A DNA stretch of 64,000 nt from Bugula neritina. Its lineage: Eukaryota; Animalia; Bryozoa. Below the pieces are notes generated by a model. It did not search any database. It was not told the origin of the DNA and saw only the letters and a list, made by a program, of their open reading frames with translations. Below are positions 52,901 through 64,000 of this stretch, one piece after another (the first letter of the stretch is position 1; each line of letters opens with the position of its first letter). The stretch lies in contig OZ037767.1 in NCBI GenBank assembly GCA_964035545.1, positions 3,860,707 to 3,924,706 of the forward strand. Reading direction: 5' to 3'. The position numbers and the translations under genes are program-made.

Positions 52901-55900
52901 TAAATAACTTAACCCGTTACAAATTCTGGTATACTTGAAATGTGGTTTTTCTGGTATGTTCTATTCATGATATGCTATTGTGTTACTAGACTCTAGAATA
53001 GTCTTTTTTTCTACAATATTAGCAGCATTTACACCATTCTGAGTCACAAGTGGGTAAAGATAGTTGAAGAAGAACATTGTTTGTACTATAGAAATCAAAA
53101 AGCATTGTTGGCAAATATAAGCTTTGATTGCAAACTCTAATAACTCTAATAAGTGTATCATATCATCTTAGTCTTTATAATAAATATAGTATACTTTGAA
53201 ACACAACAACCTTTTCCATTTTCTACTGCTTGTAAACTAATGCAGTGCTTGTATCTATTTGACTAAACTTTTCTAAATCTTGACAGGGATAGTTCAGTGA
53301 GAGCTATAGCCATTTTGTGATGCAATCCATCTTTAAATACTTTTCTACCATTATTCAACATCTAATTTCTTTTGCATAGAATTTCTCTCATAATTTTATT
53401 CAAACATTTACTGGCACACTAAAATTTGGACATATAAAAATACATTCTTTGAAATGTTAAATATATAAAATTATATTATTTATTTTAGCTTATGGCGTAG
53501 TTTATAAGCACATAATATATCAGGCTGCATGCTTCTGTTACAGTTTAGAAGAGTGGTTTGGGGTGCAATGGTGTTCAGTTCTCTTGGAGTTCTCATCTAT
53601 ACAACAATCAACCAAATCGTATATTTCTTTAATTATGAACATTCTACCAAATATGACATCAATTTCGTGCACCAGCTAGGTAGGTAAAGCTGTAAAGCTG
53701 TAAAATATCGTAATATTTTTATTCTATTTATTACTTTTGTATATAAACATGTGTAATTTTCCTTGAACTTTTTAGTCAATAAAAGTTAGAGTATTTTTAT
53801 GTTTATGGATATATATGCTACTTTGACATTTCCATCATGTAGTTGCCAATTGTACTGTCTAGCTTTGGTAAAAAAAGATTAACTAGGCGAGGTAAAACTA
53901 TACATTTCATTTATCAAATAATTTTGTAAAAACAAAATTCTAGTTTCATGAATTCTTATTTTTTTGAAAATAATATTTTAATTTGCGAAATAAAAATTTT
54001 ATTTTATGACAATAAACAAATTTTTCAGTTGAAAGGAACAAAAGTAATTCTCACTGTAGATTTTCCAGCCATTACAATATGCAATGCTAACAAGCATAGA
54101 CGAAGTTCCTTAACCTTTAAGGATATAGTAATTATGGGACCTCATCTTGGCCTCACCGACTATAATATGACCTTACAACACCCTGAGCTCTATCCTCCTG
54201 ACTGGTACAATGAGACTTTTCTCCAGACGAACTGGACAGAGATCAAGCCGCTGTACAATGGTTGGTAACTTGTGTCTTTGTGTATGTGAGTGTCGCTATG
54301 GAGTTATCTTCTCAATCACAGTACTTCTTCCGTATCTCACTAAGCTGCAGCTTCTAAAACTTTGGTTTGTAGCGTAGTAGAATACCATTTTTAACTCCCG
54401 GATCTATAAAATTCGGCCATTTTATTCCCATACACACATAAAAAACTACAAAACAGGATCCAAGTCCTTCTCTTGACCTATTGAATTTCGTGAGAAATAG
54501 AACTCTGAGATATAGATGAAGTTCCTAAGCTTGCAACATTATGCAGTGTGGGTCTGTAGCAATTATGTCTATAGCATTTCTAGCCCGTGGCAGAGGATAA
54601 CTGCTGTAAAACACCAATTTTGAATAGACATCTGGTTTTATAGAGGATGATTTTGACATGACCGAGTTCTTCAATAGAACTGGCCACCAGTACAAGGACC
54701 TGGTACAGCACTGCAGCTGGAAGGGACACAAATGTGACAGGAGCTCGTGGAGTGTGGACTACACTCACTACGGCAAGTGCTACACCTTCAACAAGAACGG
54801 GGACCACCTCCTTATAAAGGCTGGAGCAGGTGCGTTCAACTTCAACTTCCTAAATACCTATCTCATGGTATGATAGAATTATAATATAGAAGAAATGGCC
54901 ACAAACCTTCAAATATTTTTTGTTTTATTCAACAAAAATGAAGCAGTGCTGTTACTTATAACTATTGCATATTTCAAACTTTCTAATTTCTGTTTACTTG
55001 CTTATAGGTTATTGTAATCCCTAACAAGTTATATTGTCACCTGATTAATTTTATAATATGCAGTACATATATATATATTTATAATAATTAAAACTCTGCT
55101 TAAATGTATAATAATAATGCCATTCAAAGGAGTAAATAAAATTATAGTGATCTATACATATGCTAGCACGTAAGACATGCGGACAAATAGATGAATATAC
55201 ACAGTATTATATTGTATCTTCAAGGTAATGGGCTGCATCTTGTGCTGTTTGACGAGGAACACGAATATCTAGAAACACTGGAATCTGATGACCTTGGGGT
55301 CAAGTTCTTGCCACACGCTTACATTGAACCTCCTTTTCTAAAAGAGCTAGGGTTTGGCTTAGCGCCAGGTTTTCACTACTTGATTGCATTGAAGGAGAAA
55401 TCTGTAAGTTTGTATTATAATGAAGTTTGATATATTTCAAGGCTGTAAATACCAGCTGCGTTTACAAAAATCTTGTTGTGTATAAATTTTGCAAAGCTAC
55501 TTTAAATAGAGCTATAATTAATGCTAATAGTTTTTATTTGAATGACCCTATAATTTGACCTATAAGAAAACAGACATAATTGTATTAGTGCTCAAACAAA
55601 AATACTGTAGTATTTCAACTGTTGTTTTTATTGCATTACTTTGAAGAGTTCATAGGTCAAAGGCCACAAGTCATATACAAAACATTTGGAATAATACTTT
55701 AAGGATCTTTTGAGTTTAGCTAGACACTGCAAAGTTTGAACTCAAATTTTACTTCTAATTTAATTTTAGTCTAATTTTTACATTTACAATATTTTACCCT
55801 CAATCAATTTTAAAAACAATCTAATTGTCACTTGCATATGGTTAAACTTAGCAGAGTTTAGTAGCATTCTACATAGGTTGAGTATGTCTAACATAGTATT

Positions 55901-58808
55901 AAGCTGAGTGCAACTGCCACCAGGTCATTGCCTTGCCTCTTCCTTACGGAGACTGTGAAACTGACCATCCCACAAAATTCTTTCCCAACTACACCGTTCC
56001 TGGATGTCGGATTGAATGTGAGACTGAAAAGATTTACGATCAATGTGGCTGCCGATTGGTGGAGAGCCCGGGGTATTACCCCATATGCACTCCAACTCAG
56101 TTTGATTGTGCGACAGCAATGCTAGGTAGCTGGCACCACGATTTTTTGTCCTTTAGTTATGGGTGAGCAGAATTATACAGGAAGTGGTAAATTTATTGCA
56201 GCTCATTTAAATTTGTGTTTTCAATATTTTATCTAATTGTGAGTTACGCTAAAATTTTATTATCTAAATTAATTTAGGTGAGCTGCTGCCGTTAAGTGTT
56301 TAATAACAGACAGACAGATGTATAAATCTGCTCACGTGTAACTAGCTTGTTTCATTTCACTGACTTTGGAGCTTTAATAGTTGTTGAATATACTGTAGAT
56401 GATAATGCTACCACATCCACACGGTAACTGTATACTAGATCATAAGACCCGCTACTTCAACAACTATACCGTGTCGGCCTGTAGGATTGAATGTGAAACT
56501 GAAAAAATATTTGCAAACTGTAACTGTCGGTTGGTAGAAAGTCCCGGTGACCACCCGACTTGTATACCAAGTCAGTTCCAGTGTGCCTTGCAAGTGTTAG
56601 GTACATCAATGTAGCTCTTTATTTTGGTTTAGTCCAGCTGTGCTTGCAGAAAGTCTTCGCTTGACACTTTCTACGTGTTGTGAACACGATGAGCATGCAT
56701 GCAGCCCGTCAGCTATATTGTAACATAATGCTTTTAAATGTTGCGTTGGTATATAAAATTGCATATTATAGTCATGGGATATATATATATATATATATAT
56801 ATATGCGCCTACCAGTCTTATGCAAGTCTAATTTATATTTGTGCTTGTCTGCTGCTATAAACTCATTTTAAATCTTACGTACTATCATTTGAATTTTGCA
56901 CTTTCATTATACCTGCTCTGTGGATTATATTTTAACCTATTATTTTATAAGGTTATGTGTTCATAAAAATACTTGGTAAACTTCATACATGAAACAATTG
57001 TTTTAACCTACACTGACTTTTGGTTTTAGCTAAGTATGTTTTTATGAAAGGAGGTTTATTGAGACATAGCTAGGGGCCAATGATACATTTATTTAAAAAT
57101 TTTCTACATCTTTATATAAAATAATAAAATAAAGTTTAATTAAATTAAAAATATAACCCTACAAGTAGTATATTTATTGTACTAAATGTATATATTTACA
57201 GAACAGATTGAGAAATCTGATGAGTGTGTTTGTGAGAACCCCTGTAACGCCACCCAATACCCATATACAATGTCAAAACTTAGGCTAAGAGAGTCAACAG
57301 TAGATAAACTAAAGAAAGAGCACCCAATCCCACCAGAGTTAAACAGGTACTGCAATATCTGGACTGCAATATCTGGTGGTATTGAATGACTTAACAATAC
57401 AAGACTGAAAATTTTCAGGCAAAGAAAAATAATTCTTGAACATTGAAGGTTTTGCTTCTAGGCTTTGTTTCACTGCATTTGTCAACAGTTTATTAAATTT
57501 GTGTTCACATAAGATTATTTATTCACCTGGTGGTGATAAAACAAGCTTTCGTGATTCAAATGATAAATATGAGAGGTAGGTGCAGTAATGGAGAAATTGA
57601 GAATAAGCCTGTGTTCTAGATTAGAAATGTAGCAAAATAAGTTATGTTCTCTCAAGAATTTCAACCTGCCCCCGAAACAAAATTTATTAACAATATTGAA
57701 AAGCTTACGCTATTAAAATTTTTCCTTTACTTCACCTAAATTGTTATTAAGGTGTATGAGCTGAAGTCTATTAGTATAATATTATTTTTAATATTTTACT
57801 GTAATTAGGTTTTTCGAAACTAAAGACAACTTCTTTACACAGCTGTAGCAACAAACCACTCATCTGTCAACAAAATTAAAACTTTATTGAGTTTGTGATG
57901 CATTTTTTAAAACTACGTTGTTTGTTCTAGAGACAACATTATTGTGCTCAACCTCTACTTTGATACTTTGTCGTATGAATACATCAAGCAGGTTCCAGCA
58001 TACAGCTTCTCATCTATACTGAGTATGTACCTCTACAGTTTGTTTAATAGTTATTGATGTGTACGTGAGAAATAGATCGATGTGTTATTTTAGGGCCGTC
58101 TGACGTTTGTGTAAAATAATCTTTTTATTTGAGTTCAATTTGTCTGAAGTAATATTATACTATTTAATATTGTAGTTCATGTTTGGTCTTCAGTTTTATA
58201 ATAGTATAGTGATACAAGCTGTATTTCCTGTGCCTGTTTAGTGGATAGAACTTCATTAATATTAATTAGTTACACCTACTAACTCCATACTATAGTTGAA
58301 CAAAATAGCTTACTATATTTAAAATTTTAACAAATCAGCCATCTTTCATTGAGGGCTTAAGCCAGGTACAAGTAGCTTTATAAGTTGATACGTCATTTTT
58401 TCAAAGTTCTTCATTGTAGCACAACAGAAATAAGTAATTAGCTTTTGTTTTTATTTTCTGAGATTTGTTAGAATATTGCAAGTAACATGGCAAATGTGAG
58501 AGATTGAAATCCAGTACTAGAAAATCAGCAAAGCAGTCACAGTAGAGTATGCAGTTATGAAAATTGAAACTGATTTAAACATGACCGTGGTGTTCATTTA
58601 TTGCATCAAATTATTATCTTGTTTTATTCTGTCAGGTGATTTTGGTGGAAATATGGGACTGTGGCTCGGAGCTAGCGCTTTGGCAGCGTTCCAGCTGATT
58701 GATTACCTGGCAGTGGCTTGTTATATGAGGTGCTGCCAGTGTGCTAGAAAGGTCAAACCGACAGACAACAAGGTCATGGCTTGGGAAACTGAGAAAGAGA
58801 AATATTAA
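49938..58808 (+). CDS. ASIC-like DEG/ENaC sodium channel subunit with alternative exons 6a/6b
   Basis: Exons 49938-50045 (..DLHGIKQL, pre-TM1 HG motif), 53544-53679 (RRVVW..TM1..YEHSTKYD), 54060-54260 (FPAITICN), 54644-54829 (YGKCYTFN..AGA), 55225-55403 (GNGL..EPPFLKELGFGLAPGF), 55924-56125 or 56399-56600 (CRIECET..CxCRLV), 57202-57346 (CVCENPCN), 57931-58022 (LNLYFDTLSYE..QVPAY) and 58637-58808 (SDFGGNMGLWLGAS, TM2). Confidence 0.95.
55924..56125 (+). CDS. Alternative thumb-domain exon 6a (202 nt, phase 0 to 1)
   Basis: caccag|VIALPLPYGDCETDHPTKFFPNYTVPGCRIECETEKIYDQCGCRLVESPGYYPICTPTQFDCATAML|gtagct. Confidence 0.9.
56154..56344 (+). promoter_or_regulatory. Predicted intronic pre-mRNA stem-loop between exons 6a and 6b (putative splicing-control structure)
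   Basis: 56154-56179 pairs with 56319-56344 (24/26 pairs, 2 G-U); nested 56198-56213 pairs with 56271-56286 (16/16 pairs, 2 G-U). Confidence 0.7.
56399..56600 (+). CDS. Alternative thumb-domain exon 6b (202 nt, phase 0 to 1)
   Basis: ctgtag|MIMLPHPHGNCILDHKTRYFNNYTVSACRIECETEKIFANCNCRLVESPGDHPTCIPSQFQCALQVL|gtacat. Confidence 0.9.
57573..57650 (+). mobile_element. Copy of the GAGGTAGGTGCAGTAATGGAGA TIR-like interspersed repeat
   Basis: Matches 17692-17765 over ~75 bp. Confidence 0.7.
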
Positions 58809-59406
58809 CACTTCTTTCAGTTTCTAGTAGATGATCCAGATTGTGCATCCCAAAATGATTATTTTTGTATTTTCCTAATGTAACTTACAATTTAAAGTGA
58901 TATTTATTAGCTTTGTTATTTTCACATTTAATTATTTCAAACTTTTGGTGTGAAGAATCCAATGATGCAATGTAAAAAGCAAAATGGTGTGGAAACCAAC
59001 CTCTGAGTTACATAATTTATTCCCAATGCAATTACCTTAGACTTTAAAAATATGAGTAAATCTCTACACTTGTGATGTAATATAACTGTTAAACCAGTAT
59101 ACCATTTAAATGCAAATTGTGTTAGGCATTTTGTGTTGCAACCCTGTAATATTTTTTACACATTCACTATATTTATTTTTACTGTGGTATTAAATTTTGC
59201 GGATTCAATTTGAAAATTTTGAGTGTTTATATTATGTTTATAAAAAAGCTATATGTAACCATTTATACATGATGTGGAGCGTCAAATTGCGGCAGAAAAT
59301 AAACAAAGCTGATTGGTTACTTTAACTTACTTGTTTTATGTACTGTTTAATGTAACATCAACTGCAAGTGCAATTTTGCTTCAACAGCCCACAGTTCTCA
59401 CTTTAT

Positions 59407-61494
<2,088 letters not shown>

Positions 61495-62895
61495 AATATC
61501 TTCCCTCGAGTTGACTAAATTTAATGTATAGACAGAGGGTTCTATTCCTATCAGCATTAGCGTGCAAGCATCATGCTGTTAACACGCGACAAAACGCGTA
61601 AAATACAGCATTACCAAAACGACCAATCAGCTTGGTCCCACCTAATGCTGCAACTAAATATAATTCTAGATTCGCTGTAAGTTATTTCACAGTTTTTATT
61701 CGAATAACAGAAGCAATTCAAGAATTATATGCTCCTTTCAAGACATAGACACTATTGTTTGCTTTACAAAACTATAAAGTATTCAACATAACAATTATAT
61801 CATTGTAAGCCAAAAAAGACAACATGAATTGTAACCCAGAGTATAGCACAATCACGTGACAGACAGAGTACCTGCAGCTCTTGTCATGGTTATATTTAAC
61901 AAAAGCCAAGCTTGAAGCTATTTGATGCCAAATTTTTAGTGGTCCTCTTGATAATAACTAACATTGAACTGCATGTGGATTATCTGGCATTGCTTAAGTT
62001 TGTATATACTCACTTGTGAAATGTGCTGCTTACAGTACATTTCTGTAAAATGCTTGTCTCCAGCAAAGTTTAAACCACAGACCTTCAACTTCAAAGCTAG
62101 CATATACTATTCATTACACTATATGGGTGCTACTACAGAATCTCAACACCATGCACATTCTATATACTCAGTTCTCCAAAACTCTACCATATGGCTCTGT
62201 CAGTTCTTGGGTTCCACTGGCCCCTCAAATTCTTAGGAGTAGTACTTTACATTCCTCAGGCCAGAAAATAACTTCCCCACTTGAAACCAAACCTTAGATT
62301 TCTACTTGCAAGCGCAATATGGGGGCCATGCACAAGAAAATTTCATCACTATGATAAAGAAGAAAACAGTGGTATAATTGGTATTTTATTGCCAAACACT
62401 TGGTTAAACATAGTAGGAATCCATGTTATTTTGAAATAATCAATCACTATATTAAGTAAAAGAACATGCTTTGTTAGTTGCATCTGAAAAATTTGTAAAA
62501 AAAATTCTAAGCCTAATACACCAAAAAAGTTAATTGAAATATATATTATGTTAATAGTACTGAAAATGACGTTTTTACTTATAAACGATGATTATCTTTG
62601 TGAATTGCATGTGAATAAATTTATTATCGATAAGATATACTACTTACTATTGAGTTCTAAGAAGTTTACATAACACTTGCACCTATCAAGCTGCCTGAAA
62701 CTAGCCACTAAATAAGAAAAGTGAGATAAATTACCAACAACGAGCACAAGTATTTACATGTAAAAGACAAATACTCTTCAAGGAGTTACTATCCCTTGCC
62801 TTATGTATCTGACGATATGCCAAATGTGCAACAAGGAAGCACTGGACACACGTCATATTACAGGCATACGAAATAATTATGTACCTATTGGATTA

Positions 62896-63058
62896 GAATA
62901 GTTTTATAAGCAGCTCGGAGTTGAGAGTGATTAAGTGCAGTAATTTGCAGTTCTCAAGTTTGAAATCGGGGGTCTATTAAAGTCCCCAACTGAAACTTGA
63001 GAACTGCAAATTACTGCACTCAATCACTCCGAACTACGAGCTGCTTATAAAACTATTC
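62896..63058. mobile_element. Fold-back element with ~66-bp inverted arms (non-autonomous DNA element)
   Basis: gaatagttttataagcagctcg..gtgcagtaatttgcagttctcaagttt is inverted to aaacttgagaactgcaaattactgcac..cgagctgcttataaaactattc, with about 4 mismatches. Confidence 0.8.
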
Positions 63059-63457
63059 ATGGGATTAATTGTAATCGATTCCATATGTTACGCTTGACTT
63101 ACTGTTATCATTGAAAGCAAACTGCTTCTGCATTACCTACTACTACTTCAACTACTACTAATTTGAATGGTGAGTGTATTAATTTCAATGTCTGTAAACC
63201 TGTATTATTAACCATTCTATAAGTAGTTTGTAGGAGTAACGGATGGAGGGGAAAAACGGTCATATAAGGGTACAAAATGCCGGTCAAATTGTGAGAGAAT
63301 TTATTGACTGAGAGTTGTGATTTTTTTCTTAAATAAAAAGGCAATGACATAATTATTCAGCCATTGATGATTGTAGTTTCAGCACTTGCGGAGCATACAT
63401 GTTGAAGAGGCGAGTCAAAAACTGTTTTTACCTACTTTTTGTAAATTTGTAAATAAT

Positions 63458-63530
63458 TGCCCCCACTGGGAATCGAACCCCAGTCCTCTGGTTTGCAAGC
63501 AAGTGTGCTACCATATTACACCACAGGAGC
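63458..63530 (-). mobile_element. tRNA-derived SINE head or tRNA pseudogene (Ala-TGC-like)
   Basis: gctcctg-tggtgtaatatgg (A box)..cttgcaa..ggttcgattccc (B box)..ggggca; the anticodon stem does not pair. Confidence 0.65.
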
Positions 63531-64000
63531 TACTGGGTAAATTCAACACTACACTTTATAACTTTTTAGACTCAAAAGTAACAAGCCTAGTTTTTACTGA
63601 TATTGCTGCCATTACTTGTTTCTAGATTGCTTAACTAGTATAATAGCAAATTCTAAAATAAATTTTCCTTGAGCCACATTTATTTTCAACTTGGTCACAC
63701 GGGGCACAATGGGCCACCTGATTTTTGCGCCCTAATCAGTGTTATTAGTTTGTTTGTCAAAAAATTAGTTGAAATGTCAGTAAAATCCATAGATATAGCC
63801 ATTTCTGATTTGTATGTTTCATAAAATATCATAGACATCATGGTAAGAGTACCAAACCACAAGGTCAAGCTGCCCTCATATATACATCTGGTGAGGTTAT
63901 AGCTTTGCCGTTTTATACATCATACAAAACACTCTGCTGTTGCTACTAATGGATAGTCATGGTTTTCATTATACATTATATCATTGAGGGAATATACATG

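Noticed and set aside
55924-56600. Both thumb exons constitutive, or part of a second channel gene
   Set aside because: Joint inclusion frameshifts to a stop within 10 codons, and no other channel exon is duplicated
63458-63530. Functional tRNA-Ala(TGC)
   Set aside because: Anticodon stem unpaired, T-stem mismatch and many G-T pairs; fits a SINE head or pseudogene better

Overview
AT-rich, intron-rich animal genomic DNA (probably an invertebrate; inference from gene content and intron sizes). Manual splicing supports, left to right: the 5' part of a TRIM gene (RING-Bbox1-Bbox2, minus strand); two small unannotated spliced ORFs (+); a GPATCH2-family gene with no visible G-patch (minus); FTSJ1/TRM7 (+), head-to-head with it; a two-CNBD cyclic-nucleotide-binding protein gene (+); an ASIC-like DEG/ENaC channel (+); and a convergent GPI-anchored Ly6/uPAR three-finger gene (minus). 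Main observations: (1) the channel has two equal-length (202 nt) paralogous thumb-domain exons that must be mutually exclusive, and a long RNA stem-loop fills the intron between them. (2) The 10.4-kb last intron of FTSJ1 holds a decayed antisense cluster: a hAT transposase, an intron-containing DUF3987-like P-loop NTPase gene, a nuclear-receptor-type zinc-finger relic, tandem duplications and TIR-like ends. (3) Two genes have tandemly multiplied splice acceptors of which only the last copy is productive. All exon calls are by eye. Family assignments come from recalled motifs, not from database searches.
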